This document shows positions 10,836-21,334 of a DNA stretch of 64,000 nucleotides, in pieces; position 1 is the first letter of the stretch, and every line of letters starts with the position of its first letter. The notes under the pieces were generated by a model. That model ran no database searches. It was not told where the DNA came from and was given only the letters and a program-made list of their open reading frames with translations. This stretch comes from an uncultured Acidobacteriota bacterium (lineage in GTDB: Bacteria; Acidobacteriota; UBA6911; CAINFC01), in assembly GCA_964617125.1 (NCBI GenBank), contig CAZTVS010000001.1:14296-78295 (forward strand). The letters run 5' to 3'. The position numbers and the translations under genes were made by a program.

Positions 10836-11900
10836 ATGGAAAGGCGGGAGATAATTTCCAGGGTATTACTGCTTGGGGCCGCTTGGCCTTGGCAGAATAT
10901 GAGTAAAAACACTCAGGAAACCGGCGATGCCAAGTCGATCGCCCTAGACCCTGTCACTCGCCTGGAGACTTATGCGGAAAAGGCGGAAATCCTGAATAAG
11001 GATGGATCTCCTGCCTTGGGCCTGAACGGTCTGGTCCTCATCCCATCTGTGGTTGTCGATGATGCCGCATTGGAGGTGGAGATTTTTGCCGAGGAGGATT
11101 GTTGCCCGGGGATACTGTTTCGTGCTCTCGATCAGAAAAATTTCGAGCTGGCTTACGCTGCCCCCCACAACAGCGAGCAAGCGGATACCATTCAGTACGA
11201 TCCTGTATTTTTAGGATCCAATACCTGGCAGCTCTATTCCGGTTCCCAATATCAGACAAAAGCCAAGGTGCAAAAAAAGCAATGGTTTCGCTTCCGGATC
11301 GATATGATCGGAGAGCAGGCCTTTATTCAGCTTGGAGACAGTCCGCCGCTGTGTGTGGAAAAACTGGCTCATGGAAGAAAGGCCGGCCGTATAGGTTTGT
11401 GGACATATCGTCCCGCTTTTTTCCGGAATCTCCGGATGTTTTCACCGCGAAAAATTGACCACCCTCGAAATGAAGTCCCACTCCCGCAAGGTACGGTCAT
11501 GGAATGGGGGTTGGAAGGGTATGGCGCTGTCTTTTGCGAACCGAACGGGGTGTTGAACGTCAATCGGTATTTGCCGGTGACGCAAGGAGTTGCCAGACTT
11601 AAACGACGATTTGAAGTGAAAAGGGAAACAGAGATGGAGATGAATTTCGGATTCAGCGATGAACTCCTTATGACTCTGAACGAGGAGATATGCTTTTCCG
11701 GAACCCATCTTTTTAAGGGTTTTCAAAACATGCAGGACAGGGGAAGTGTTTCGCAGGAGGCCAATCGAATCACGAAAAAGCTGAAAAAAGGCTTTTACCA
11801 AGTCTGTGCCCAGTTGAAGGTATCTGAACCTTTCGGTTGGGGGATATCCTTACGGGTCCAGGGCGAGAATATCGAATGGCTTCCGGCAACGACCCCTTAG
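10836..11900 (+). CDS. Hypothetical protein (start possibly at MSKN, nt 10896)
   Basis: Long ORF with no recognisable motif. Same frame as PilZ, separated by one TGA. Confidence 0.4.
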   Translation: MERREIISRVLLLGAAWPWQNMSKNTQETGDAKSIALDPVTRLETYAEKAEILNKDGSPALGLNGLVLIPSVVVDDAALEVEIFAEEDCCPGILFRALDQKNFELAYAAPHNSEQADTIQYDPVFLGSNTWQLYSGSQYQTKAKVQKKQWFRFRIDMIGEQAFIQLGDSPPLCVEKLAHGRKAGRIGLWTYRPAFFRNLRMFSPRKIDHPRNEVPLPQGTVMEWGLEGYGAVFCEPNGVLNVNRYLPVTQGVARLKRRFEVKRETEMEMNFGFSDELLMTLNEEICFSGTHLFKGFQNMQDRGSVSQEANRITKKLKKGFYQVCAQLKVSEPFGWGISLRVQGENIEWLPATTP

Positions 11901-11919
11901 TCACCACAGCAGGAGGAAT

Positions 11920-12837
11920 ATGATGCGACTCATAACCCGATCTGATTTTGACGGTTTGGTCTGTGCTGTCCTTTTAAAAGAAATCGGAATCGTCGATTCC
12001 TACCAGTTTGTCCATCCCAAGGATGTACAGGATGGAAAAATCAAAGCAACGGAAAATGATATTGTTGCCAATATCCCCTATATTCCTGGTTGTGGTATGT
12101 GGTTTGACCATCACGTCAGCGAAAAGGACAGAAAGGCCTTTCCCGATACCTGGCAGGGAGCGAGTTACAAGGAAAAAAGTGCCGGACGGGTCATTTACAA
12201 CTACTTCGGCGGGCCGGCCAAATTCCCCGCCGCTTTTTCGGAAATGATGACGGCCGTAGATAGAACCGATTCCGGTAATCTGACCACGGAGGAGATCCTT
12301 CAACCGCAGCGCTGGATTCTGCTTTCCTTTATTATGGATCCGCGAACCGGTCTGGGGCGTTATAAGGACTATCGAATCAGCAACTATCAACTCATGGAAG
12401 CGTTGATCGAAATGTGCCGGACCGGAAAGATCGAGAACATACTGGAACAGGAAGATGTCAACGAGAGAATCGTCCGATATCAGGCCCAGGAAAAGGCATA
12501 CCGGGAGATGATACTCAAAAATTCCCGGGTCGAGGGAAAGGTTTTAGTGATTGATCTGCGGGAAGTGGAAGAAATCGTGACCGGCAATCGATTTGTCGAG
12601 TACAGCCTCTTTCCGGAAACATGCACCTCCATACGGATTATTTGGGGCTTGAAAAAACAAAATACCGTATTTGCCGTAGGGCATAGCATTATCGACCGTT
12701 CTTCCAAGGTGAATATCGGATCTCTGCTGCTTTCCCTGGGTGGAGGCGGACATTCTCAAGTGGGCACCTGCCAGATAGAGAATGCCAAAGCGGAAGAGAC
12801 GCTGCGATGGTTAATTGATTCCCTGAATCACGGTTGA
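11920..12837 (+). CDS. nrnA: DHH/DHHA1 phosphoesterase, NrnA-like nanoRNase/pAp phosphatase
   Basis: DFDG (DxD), FDHH (DHH motif), C-terminal GGGGH (DHHA1). Confidence 0.65.
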   Translation: MMRLITRSDFDGLVCAVLLKEIGIVDSYQFVHPKDVQDGKIKATENDIVANIPYIPGCGMWFDHHVSEKDRKAFPDTWQGASYKEKSAGRVIYNYFGGPAKFPAAFSEMMTAVDRTDSGNLTTEEILQPQRWILLSFIMDPRTGLGRYKDYRISNYQLMEALIEMCRTGKIENILEQEDVNERIVRYQAQEKAYREMILKNSRVEGKVLVIDLREVEEIVTGNRFVEYSLFPETCTSIRIIWGLKKQNTVFAVGHSIIDRSSKVNIGSLLLSLGGGGHSQVGTCQIENAKAEETLRWLIDSLNHG

Positions 12838-12842
12838 TGCTC

Positions 12843-13892
12843 TCAGCGCTTGATACGAAACAGGCGTATCTCCTTGGTTTCATCGGGACATTCCACCTCG
12901 GCGTAGACCCAGAATTCTTCTCCGACAGTCAGCCAGCTGGAATAGCGAAGAGTACGGAAATTCTTGCTGGGGGTGGAACTGAAAAGGAGGGGGGCTTCCG
13001 GGGTCAGGTCGATGATCGTATGCAGATCAAAAGAAAATCCGATTCCGGTTGCGATGTTGTAGACGGGATCATGCCAGCTTGTGCCGGATCCTTCATAGAT
13101 AAAAAGATATCCTACTCCCAGAGGAAGGATACTGGCGGGGCGAACGAAAAAGTCATGCCAACCTGAGAGATCCATGATCGGTTGATATGGATTTCCTGCT
13201 GCCTGCCAATCCTCCCCATCCTTGCTCTGGAAATGAAAGATACGCTCGTTTTGCCGGATATAGCCTATGACAAAGCAGTGATAGGTGCCTTCGCTGAACA
13301 ACAGGACCGGATCCTTGAAACTGCGTGGGGGGATGTCGCGATCATATTTGGGAGCGGGAGGGCGAATGACGACTTTTGCCGATGAGGGTTGAAACTCTCC
13401 CGGTTTGGTGGCGTCCTTTAGTTTCAAAATTCCCCAGGAATCCCCTTCGATCGGTCCGCAGATATAGAGTTTGAAGAGGCCGGTCCGTGGATCTATGAGC
13501 AAAGCCGGGCGTTCCACACCGGCGATGGGTACATTTTCCCGCAGGATACTTTGCACTTTTTCAAAATGAATTCCATCCTGGCTGCGGAGCAGGCGGATTT
13601 CATATCCGCGAAGTCCGCGCGGGGCCTCCGCAGTACGCATGCGGCAGGCCATCCAGAAGATGCCGTCTTTGTCCACTACGACAGAGGGTGCACCGGCCCA
13701 CCATTCGGGAGCGATCTTATCGGGACGCAGAATGACGTCATATCTGGTGAATTTGCCGGGAATGATGCCGTACTCCCGTACACCGCTGGAAACGTCGATT
13801 TGCTGGGGCACGGATTGTTCCATGCCGCAGAAAACGGTTGTTACTCCCAGGAGAAAAAAAATACCGCTCAAAAAAGACTTCATGGTCTGCAT
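12843..13892 (-). CDS. Secreted hypothetical protein with signal peptide; possibly beta-propeller glycosidase-like
   Basis: N-terminal MKSFLSGIFFLLGVTTVFCG signal peptide. W/D-rich repeats (DPRTG, WHD). No firm family assignment. Confidence 0.45.
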   Translation of the reverse strand: MQTMKSFLSGIFFLLGVTTVFCGMEQSVPQQIDVSSGVREYGIIPGKFTRYDVILRPDKIAPEWWAGAPSVVVDKDGIFWMACRMRTAEAPRGLRGYEIRLLRSQDGIHFEKVQSILRENVPIAGVERPALLIDPRTGLFKLYICGPIEGDSWGILKLKDATKPGEFQPSSAKVVIRPPAPKYDRDIPPRSFKDPVLLFSEGTYHCFVIGYIRQNERIFHFQSKDGEDWQAAGNPYQPIMDLSGWHDFFVRPASILPLGVGYLFIYEGSGTSWHDPVYNIATGIGFSFDLHTIIDLTPEAPLLFSSTPSKNFRTLRYSSWLTVGEEFWVYAEVECPDETKEIRLFRIKR

Positions 13893-13959
13893 CCTTCGAG
13901 GAACATATCTCAGCCAAATGAATGACCGGTCTATGGGATAAACGAATACACGGAAGGGG

Positions 13960-13995
13960 TGTTATGGGAACCCCGGCAAAGGGGCTCCCATAACA
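13960..13995. repeat. 15-bp near-perfect inverted repeat (hairpin) downstream of ppdK
   Basis: TGTTATGGGAACCCC-ggcaaa-GGGGCTCCCATAACA. One mismatch. Confidence 0.5.
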
Positions 13996-14010
13996 GGATG
14001 GTTTACAGGT

Positions 14011-16827
14011 TTATTTGCGGGCTTTGGCTTTTTTTGCCGCCGGTTTGGCCTGCTTGGCAACGGCTTTGGCTGCCGGCTTGGCCTTGCCTTTTGCGGGGGC
14101 AGCAGGCTTTTCCTTGGTCATCTCGACCGCCCCTTGAGCAGCAGCCAGACGGGCGATGGGTACGCGGAAAGGAGAGCAGCTGACATAATTCATTCCAGCC
14201 CGGGCGAAAAATTTCACCGAAGCCGGATCTCCACCATGTTCGCCGCATACACCAACCTTCAGATCGGGTCGCATTCCGCGACCCAGATCGATACCCAGGG
14301 CCACCAGGCGTCCGACACCCTCTTTATCGATGGTTGCGAAAGGATCGTCACTGATGATTTTCTTGTCGATATAGTCGCTCAGGAAACCGCCGACATCATC
14401 CCGGCTGAAGCCGAAACTCATCTGGGTCAGGTCGTTGGTCCCGAAAGAGAAGAACTGGGCGATAGCTGCGATTTTATCGGCAACCAGGGTGGCCCGCGGG
14501 ATCTCGATCATCGTGCCATACAGGTATGGGATTTTCTTGATTTTGAACTTGGCCAGGACTTCCGCATACACGCGATCGACGATGGCTTTCTGATCCACCA
14601 GCTCTGTTTCCACGCAAACCACCGGGATCATGATCTCCGGATAAGGCTTCTTGCCCTCCTTGATCAGTTCGGCAGCGGCCTCGAAAATGGCCCTGACCTG
14701 CATTTCGGTGATCTCCGGATAGGTCACACCCAAACGGACACCACGATGACCCATCATCGGATTGTTCTCGTGCAGAGAGTCGGCACGTTTGTCGAACTGT
14801 TCCGCAGTGATATTCAGGCTTTGGGCCAGTTTTTTCCGTTCTTCCTCACGAGTCGGAATGAATTCATGCAGAGGGGGATCCATGGTTCGGATCGTGACGG
14901 GTAGTCCGTCCATAGCCAGCAACGTTCCCTTGATATCGTTCTTGCAGTGAGGGAAGAGTTCGGCCAGAGCGGCGCGGCGTTCGTCGACATTGCTGGAAAC
15001 GATCATCTTGCGCAGTTTGAATAGAGGCTCCTCCGCACCCTTTCCGTAGAACATATGTTCGATGCGGAACAATCCGATACCCTCAGCCCCAAAGGCACGG
15101 GCTCGGGCGGCATCGTCCGGTGTATCGGCATTGGTACGAATGCCGATTTGGCGGACTGCATCGCAGATTTTCATGAAGGCGACGAAGTCGGGATTTTCCT
15201 CTGCGGCCTTCTTCATGGGCAGTTGTCCTTCATAGACATAACCCTTGGAGCCGTTCATGGAGAACCAGTCTCCCTCTTTGAAGGTACGGTCGCCTGCCTT
15301 GATTGTCCGATTGGCATAATTGATATGTAGGGACCCTGCTCCGACGATGCAGCATTTCCCCCATCCACGGGCGACCAGAGCGGCATGGCTCGTCATTCCG
15401 CCACGAGCGGTGAGTACGGCTACGGCAGCCCGCATGCCTTCGATATCTTCCGGATTGGTCTCTTCGCGGGCCAGGATTACCTGTTTCCCGGATTTGGCCC
15501 AACTGACGGCATCGTTAGAGGAAAAGACGATCTGTCCGCAGGCGCCGCCGGGACCAGCAGGCAATCCCTTGGCGATCGGTTCCGTTTTCTTTTCCTGGGC
15601 CGGATCCAGAATCGGATGCAGCAATTCATCCAACTGGGCCGGAGAGACGCGACATACGGCTTCTTCCTTGGTGATCAGCCGTTCTTTGCACATATCGATG
15701 GCCATCTTGACAGCAGCAGGGCCGTTGCGTTTGCCGACTCTGCACTGCAGCATCCATAAACGACCGTCCTGGATGGTGAATTCGATGTCCAGCATGTCCC
15801 GATAATGTTTTTCCAGGCGGAGGCGGATGGCATCCAGCTCCTTGTAGGTCTTAGGCATTGCCTTTTCCAACGAAGGCAACCCTTTGCTGTGTTCCGTGCG
15901 TGTGGTCTCGTTGATCGGATTCGGGGTCCGGATACCGGCCACGACATCTTCTCCCTGGGCGTTGGGAAGCCATTCGCCGTAGAAATGATTGTCGCCGGTA
16001 CTGGGGCTGCGGGTAAAGGCCACACCGGTGGCGGAGGTGTCTCCCATGTTGCCGAAAACCATGGCCTGCACATTGACGGCTGTTCCCCATTCATCCGGAA
16101 TGCCTTCGATACGGCGATAGGAGATGGCCCGTTTTCCGTTCCAGCTGGAGAAGACGGCGCTGATGGCACCCATGAGCTGTTTCACCGCGTCATCGGGGAA
16201 AGGTACTCCCAATACTTCCTTGACCTTGGCTTTGTAGATTTCGATCAAAGACTTCAGGTCTTCTGCGGTCAGCTCCGTGTCCAGCTTATATCCTTTGGCT
16301 TCCTTCATCTTGTGCATCTCTTTTTCGAGCTGCTGACGAATGCCTTTGCCTTCCGCCGGTTCGATGCCGGCCGCTTTTTCCATTACCACATCGGAGTACA
16401 TCTGGATCAGACGACGGTGGGAATCGTATACAAATCGGGGATTGTTGGTTTTGCGGATCAGACCTTCACGGGTCTGAGTCGTCAAACCGACATTCAGCAC
16501 GGTCTCCATCATGCCCGGCATGGAGCTGCGCGCTCCGGAACGTACGGAGAAGAGAAGGGGATTGTTCTTATCGCCGAACTTCATTCCGGTCTCTTTCTCT
16601 ACATAGTTGACAGATTTGAGAACACTCTCCTGAAATCCCTGGGGATATTTCTTCTTGTTTTGGTAGTAATAGGTGCACATCTCGGTGGTAATGGTGAACC
16701 CGGGCGGGACAGGAATCCCAAGGCTGCCCATTTCTGCCAGGTTGGCACCTTTGCCTCCAAGAAGATTCTTCATCTCGGCTTTGCCTTCATTCTTGGCACC
16801 ACCGAAAAGATAAATGAACTTTTGCAT
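14011..16827 (-). CDS. ppdK: Pyruvate, phosphate dikinase with C-terminal Lys/Ala/Pro-rich histone-H1-like tail
   Basis: N-terminal GGKGANLAEMGSLGIPVPPGFTITTE. Central phosphohistidine domain and PEP-utilising C-terminus. Canonical end ...ARLAAAQGAVE is followed in-frame by MTKEKPAAPAKGKAKPAAKAVAKQAKPAAKKAKARK. Confidence 0.85.
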   Translation of the reverse strand: MQKFIYLFGGAKNEGKAEMKNLLGGKGANLAEMGSLGIPVPPGFTITTEMCTYYYQNKKKYPQGFQESVLKSVNYVEKETGMKFGDKNNPLLFSVRSGARSSMPGMMETVLNVGLTTQTREGLIRKTNNPRFVYDSHRRLIQMYSDVVMEKAAGIEPAEGKGIRQQLEKEMHKMKEAKGYKLDTELTAEDLKSLIEIYKAKVKEVLGVPFPDDAVKQLMGAISAVFSSWNGKRAISYRRIEGIPDEWGTAVNVQAMVFGNMGDTSATGVAFTRSPSTGDNHFYGEWLPNAQGEDVVAGIRTPNPINETTRTEHSKGLPSLEKAMPKTYKELDAIRLRLEKHYRDMLDIEFTIQDGRLWMLQCRVGKRNGPAAVKMAIDMCKERLITKEEAVCRVSPAQLDELLHPILDPAQEKKTEPIAKGLPAGPGGACGQIVFSSNDAVSWAKSGKQVILAREETNPEDIEGMRAAVAVLTARGGMTSHAALVARGWGKCCIVGAGSLHINYANRTIKAGDRTFKEGDWFSMNGSKGYVYEGQLPMKKAAEENPDFVAFMKICDAVRQIGIRTNADTPDDAARARAFGAEGIGLFRIEHMFYGKGAEEPLFKLRKMIVSSNVDERRAALAELFPHCKNDIKGTLLAMDGLPVTIRTMDPPLHEFIPTREEERKKLAQSLNITAEQFDKRADSLHENNPMMGHRGVRLGVTYPEITEMQVRAIFEAAAELIKEGKKPYPEIMIPVVCVETELVDQKAIVDRVYAEVLAKFKIKKIPYLYGTMIEIPRATLVADKIAAIAQFFSFGTNDLTQMSFGFSRDDVGGFLSDYIDKKIISDDPFATIDKEGVGRLVALGIDLGRGMRPDLKVGVCGEHGGDPASVKFFARAGMNYVSCSPFRVPIARLAAAQGAVEMTKEKPAAPAKGKAKPAAKAVAKQAKPAAKKAKARK

Positions 16828-16939
16828 GAAACCTCCGGCTAATTAGTTAGAGTTAAGTAAGAAACGTCGATATGGTCCGCCGAAAATTGGCAAAAGATCT
16901 GCTTCGGCGCTTCTGAAAGAACAACACAACGGATTGTAA

Positions 16940-19057
16940 CTACACTTTAAGAGGATCTCCTTCCACAACGATCTCCGAGAGATCTCCGACAAGCAGGAAA
17001 AGAGCCGATAATTCGCGTAATAAAGCCAGGCGGTTGGCGCGGACCTCTTCTTCCTCAGCCATCACCAGGACCTTATCGAAGAAACGATGGATGATCGGGC
17101 GTAAGGCAGCGATGCCCCGCAGTGCCTGATAGTAATTCTTCTGGTTCATCTCCTGCATTACCAAAGGAAAGGTGGACGAAAGAGAGGATGCCAGTTCCTT
17201 TTCCGAATCTTCCCGGAAAAGTGCGGGTTCCAGTTCCGGCAGCTTGGATAGGTCGACATCCTTAAGGATGTTTTTGACCCGTTTGAAAGCAGTGGCAATC
17301 TCCAGGAAGTCGGTTTCTTTTCGTATGCGCTGCAGGGCTTCGGCTCGGAACAGGGTTTCCAGCGGCGGTTCAAATCCGCGAGCCATGGCGGCATTTACCA
17401 CATCATAGCTAAGACCGCGCTGCTGCAACATGTTGCGCACACGCTGTTCAAAGAACTGGGCCAGATCGTCTCTTGTATCTTCACTGGATCGGGTGATCTT
17501 CGGTCCTACCGCAGCCAGTGCTGAGTCAGTCATCTTGCCGATGGTAAAGGTCAAGTGGTGATCCCATAAGATCTTTATCACCCCCTGGGCCTGACGGCGC
17601 AGGGCAAAGGGATCGCTGGAACCTTTGGGGGTAATTCCAACACCAAAACAACCGGCAAGGGTATCCATGCGGTCTGCCAGGGAGAGAAGAGCCCCCAACA
17701 TATTTCTGGGAGTGGAATCTTCCAGAGAACGGGGTTGGTATTGATCGTATATAGCCTGCCAAATCTCTTCAGGATAGCCCTCCTTTCGAGCATAGATACC
17801 ACCCATGATCCCCTGAAGTTCCGACAGTTCTTTGACCATGTCGGTGGCCAGATCTGTCTTGATGAGACGAGATGCAAGCTGAATCTTCTGAATCATCGTC
17901 TCTTCCTCCGGATGCCCTAAGGCGAACTCCGAGGCAATCGACTCGATGCGTCCCGATTTTTCCAGATAAGAACCCAGCTTTACATGGAAAAGACATCGTT
18001 CCAGCATCGGCAGACGACTTTCCAACGTCTTCTCCGTATCCACTTTCCAGAAGAAGGAGGCATCGTTCAGACGGGCCTCCAAAACACGTTCATGCCCACG
18101 GCGAATAATGCCCTGAGGGTCTCCCAGACAATCGGTGACCGCCAGGAAGCAGGGTAGAAGCCGACCATCGGCATCTTCAACAGAGAAGTATTTCTGGTGC
18201 TTACGCATTACCGTGGTGAGCACCTCCGACGGCAATGTCAGGAAATCGGATCGAAAAGATCCGGCTATGATATGAGGGTGCTCGTTCAGTCCGCACACCT
18301 CATCGAGCAGTTCCGAATCGGGAATCATCCATCCGCCCATCTGACCGGCTTTCTCCTCCAGCTGTTTTTCGATGAGGGACCGTCGCTTTTGCTGGTCTGG
18401 GATGACATGGTTTTCCTCAAGGGCCGGAAAATAATGGGCAACGGAAGGCACGTGGATGGCCGGCGATCCCAGGATGCGGTGGCCAAAGGTATAAGAATCG
18501 CTTTGGACGTCGGCGATATGCAGAGGGATCACTTTGTCGTCGAGCAGGCCGAGAATCCAGCGGATGGGTCGGATAAAAACAAATCGATCTTCCGACCAGT
18601 ACATGGGGCGAGGAAAGGATATCTTGCCGAGCAGCCCGGGAACCTCCTGTGAGAGGATCAGGCATGTATCCTTACCGCTGAGAACTTTCTGAATACCGAT
18701 GTATTCCCCCTTCGGAGTTCGTATTTTCTGCAGCTCTTCTATCTTTACGCCGCAGCGGGAGGCGAATCCGATGGCTGCCTTGGTTGGATTTCCATCCGCG
18801 TCCCAGGCAGATTTCCAGGAAGGCCCCTGTGCCGATTCCGTGCTGTCTTCCTGACGCACGGGGAGCCCTTCCGCGGTAATCACCAACCGACGGGGGGTGC
18901 CCAGGACCTGAAAATTGCGGAAGGACAGTCTCTGGTTTTGCAGCAGCAGAGGGAAATTTTCCTGCAGGTGTTTTACTGTTTGCCGAAAGGCCCAAACAGG
19001 GAGTTCTTCGCAACCGATTTCGATCAATAGCTCTCCGGACATTCTGGTCTCCTTCAT
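16940..19057 (-). CDS. glyS: Glycine--tRNA ligase beta subunit
   Basis: N-terminal [11 protein letters not shown]. About 700 aa. Immediately downstream of glyQ. Confidence 0.85.
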   Translation of the reverse strand: MKETRMSGELLIEIGCEELPVWAFRQTVKHLQENFPLLLQNQRLSFRNFQVLGTPRRLVITAEGLPVRQEDSTESAQGPSWKSAWDADGNPTKAAIGFASRCGVKIEELQKIRTPKGEYIGIQKVLSGKDTCLILSQEVPGLLGKISFPRPMYWSEDRFVFIRPIRWILGLLDDKVIPLHIADVQSDSYTFGHRILGSPAIHVPSVAHYFPALEENHVIPDQQKRRSLIEKQLEEKAGQMGGWMIPDSELLDEVCGLNEHPHIIAGSFRSDFLTLPSEVLTTVMRKHQKYFSVEDADGRLLPCFLAVTDCLGDPQGIIRRGHERVLEARLNDASFFWKVDTEKTLESRLPMLERCLFHVKLGSYLEKSGRIESIASEFALGHPEEETMIQKIQLASRLIKTDLATDMVKELSELQGIMGGIYARKEGYPEEIWQAIYDQYQPRSLEDSTPRNMLGALLSLADRMDTLAGCFGVGITPKGSSDPFALRRQAQGVIKILWDHHLTFTIGKMTDSALAAVGPKITRSSEDTRDDLAQFFEQRVRNMLQQRGLSYDVVNAAMARGFEPPLETLFRAEALQRIRKETDFLEIATAFKRVKNILKDVDLSKLPELEPALFREDSEKELASSLSSTFPLVMQEMNQKNYYQALRGIAALRPIIHRFFDKVLVMAEEEEVRANRLALLRELSALFLLVGDLSEIVVEGDPLKV

Positions 19058-19953
19058 CCTTTCACCGACTGGATTTCATTCTGCAGTGGTCCTTCCATCT
19101 TTTCCCCGGTCTCTTCTCTGGCGGTATAGGCTTTGGCAATGGAACAGGAGAGATAGCGGATTTCGTTGATCTTGGCGGCGCGTTCGGTTACGCTGATGGC
19201 CCCCCTGGCATCCAACAGATTGAAGGTGTGAGAGCATTTCAGGCAATAATCATAGGCGGGAAGCAAGGCCCCTTGCTGTATCAGGTGGATGCATTCTTCC
19301 TTGTAAAGAGCAAACATCCGATTCAGCCGGTCAACGTCGGCCAATTCGAAGTTATAGCGGGAAAATTCGACTTCCTCCTGCAGACGGACATCGCCATAGG
19401 AGTAATCTTTTACCCATTCGATATGGTAAACGCTGTCCAGATTGCCTATGAAGGTGGCAATACGCTCCAGGCCGTACGTGATCTCTGCAGACACGGGATA
19501 CAGATCGATTCCTCCGGCCTGTTGGAAGTAGGTAAATTGGGTTATCTCCATTCCATCGAGCAGGACCTGCCAGCCGACTCCCCATGCGCCCAGTGTCGGA
19601 GATTCCCAGTTATCCTCTTCGAAACGAAGGTCATGCTCTTTCATGGAAATACCCAGCATTTCCAGACTTTTCAGATAGATTTCCTGAACATTGGCTGGAG
19701 AAGGCTTGAGAATGACCTGATATTGAAAATAGCGTTGCATCCGGTTCGGATTTTCGCCATATCGACCATCGGTCGGACGACGGGAAGGTTGCACATAGGC
19801 GACCCGGTAAGGCTTTTTCCCCAGAACACGCAGAAATGTTTCCGGGTGCATGGTGCCTGCCCCCATTTCCATATCGTAAGGTTGCTGGAGAATGCATCCC
19901 TGCTCGGCCCAGAAGTGTTCCAGACGTAAGATGAGTTCTTGAAATCGGATCAT
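19054..19953 (-). CDS. glyQ: Glycine--tRNA ligase alpha subunit
   Basis: [17 protein letters not shown]...[19 protein letters not shown]. Start MIRFQ at 19953 forms an ATGA overlap with the recO stop. The longer ORF to 20238 is an upstream extension. Confidence 0.85.
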   Translation of the reverse strand: MIRFQELILRLEHFWAEQGCILQQPYDMEMGAGTMHPETFLRVLGKKPYRVAYVQPSRRPTDGRYGENPNRMQRYFQYQVILKPSPANVQEIYLKSLEMLGISMKEHDLRFEEDNWESPTLGAWGVGWQVLLDGMEITQFTYFQQAGGIDLYPVSAEITYGLERIATFIGNLDSVYHIEWVKDYSYGDVRLQEEVEFSRYNFELADVDRLNRMFALYKEECIHLIQQGALLPAYDYCLKCSHTFNLLDARGAISVTERAAKINEIRYLSCSIAKAYTAREETGEKMEGPLQNEIQSVKG

Positions 19954-20696
19954 GCGGCGATCAGCTCCTTTAAAAGGCGGTAAGACTTCACGGAGTGTTC
20001 CAAATGCCTGTGGATGACATTCTGGGCAATCGATTCCATCTTGTTTAAAGTTCGGGGAGAAACGACTTCCGGTTCGATGTCCTGAGGGGATAGCCGGGAA
20101 AAGAGCTGATAGGATTGGAAATCTATGGGCTCCAGCAAGAGAGAAGCGGAAGGGCAACAGGAGAGGCAAAAAAACCTCGTATGGTTGGAAGAAAATACGT
20201 ACGATTGGGAGCCCAGAGCGGCGGAACAGGAGGCACATTGTCGATGACCGGGCCAGATTCCTTCCAGGCGTAACAGCCAGAACTCGAAATATCGACTGAG
20301 GAGGACAGGAACAGGATGTCGGCTTAAAGAATGCAGTACGGAGGTAGCCAGGCGGAAAACTCCCGGATGCGGATTATGCTCAGTGGTAAACTCATTGATC
20401 AGATCGATAACGTACATGTGGTGCAGCAAATTCGTCCATCTTGGCTCCTTGGGATAGTAATCCAGGAGCCGCCAAAGTGAAAAACGAGCCAAATCCGACC
20501 CCTCCCTTTCGGTGATATGCAGGGAAATGAATGATCCGACATCCTGCCAGCCCAGATTTCCCGCTTTGATCCTTTTGCAGCCCGGCGCCGTTCCGCGTAT
20601 TTTACCCAGGTCACGGGTGAAGACGGAAAAGATCCTGTCGTTTTCTGCAATGTCATAGGCGCGAAGTACAATGGCCTCTGTGGTCAGTGACGGCAT
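19950..20696 (-). CDS. recO: DNA repair protein RecO
   Basis: N-terminal [31 protein letters not shown]-terminal Cys cluster CxxC...CxxC. Confidence 0.75.
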   Translation of the reverse strand: MPSLTTEAIVLRAYDIAENDRIFSVFTRDLGKIRGTAPGCKRIKAGNLGWQDVGSFISLHITEREGSDLARFSLWRLLDYYPKEPRWTNLLHHMYVIDLINEFTTEHNPHPGVFRLATSVLHSLSRHPVPVLLSRYFEFWLLRLEGIWPGHRQCASCSAALGSQSYVFSSNHTRFFCLSCCPSASLLLEPIDFQSYQLFSRLSPQDIEPEVVSPRTLNKMESIAQNVIHRHLEHSVKSYRLLKELIAA

Positions 20697-20812
20697 TCCT
20701 CTACCTATCGCCCGAAGTTAAAAGCACAGAAATTAGCATATCTGTTGATAAATTTGAAGAGAGAAAAGAAGATAGTTTGTTGTCCGACTGATGGTAAGTC
20801 TCTGAAAAATCC

Positions 20813-20902
<90 letters not shown>

Positions 20903-21082
20903 GTTCGCGGAAAGCACGTAAAAACACATGCGAGGCGTTAAAGATACAGTTTCCACGTCTAAGTTTCAAGGGTTGCCTGAAGATATTCTTACCTGCAGAC
21001 AGTCCTGGAGATCCTGAATCGCAATCTACCAGGCGGAGAAAGATGGGGACATATCGCTGGGTTTGTCACTCCTGCCGGTGAA

Positions 21083-21334
21083 TCAGCGGTGGAAATACTC
21101 ATCATGCCGTCTTCGGCGAATTTCCAGGACCTCGACGATGCCCATCAATATGTTGGCAATTCCCAGTCCGATGATAATCCCTTTGAAATAGCCACTCAAG
21201 GCAAAGGTCTTGAGGAAAGGGAATCGATGGAGCAAGGCATTGTTGTCCCAGATCTTGAACCAGGGCAGCAGGATCAGGAAAATGCCGACTTCAAAAAAGT
21301 ACAGGATGTAAATGAAATGGAACAGACGTGACAT
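21083..21334 (-). CDS. Small membrane protein (2 predicted TM helices), translationally coupled to upstream TPR protein
   Basis: TAATG overlap at 21332-21336. Hydrophobic sequence FIYILYFFEVGIFLILLPWF ... IIIGLGIANILMGIV. Confidence 0.45.
   Translation of the reverse strand: MSRLFHFIYILYFFEVGIFLILLPWFKIWDNNALLHRFPFLKTFALSGYFKGIIIGLGIANILMGIVEVLEIRRRRHDEYFHR

Noticed and set aside
10821-10838. PilZ ORF and the following 354-aa ORF are in the same frame, separated by a single TGA. Considered selenocysteine recoding or programmed read-through.
   Set aside because: The PilZ domain is complete at ~103 aa. No convincing SECIS-like hairpin sits immediately 3' of the TGA. The first ~19 codons of the downstream ORF look like non-coding translation, and the likelier start is MSKN at 10896. 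It is most simply a normal stop.
14134-16842. Several long antisense ORFs (256, 161, 164, 345 aa) inside ppdK.
   Set aside because: These are shadow ORFs on the strand opposite a confidently identified, highly conserved gene. They show GC-rich codon bias artefacts and no motifs.
19954-20238. 95-codon N-terminal extension of glyQ in the ORF track.
   Set aside because: It overlaps recO. Conserved GlyQ begins at MIRFQELIL with an ATGA overlap at the recO stop. The extension has no homology.
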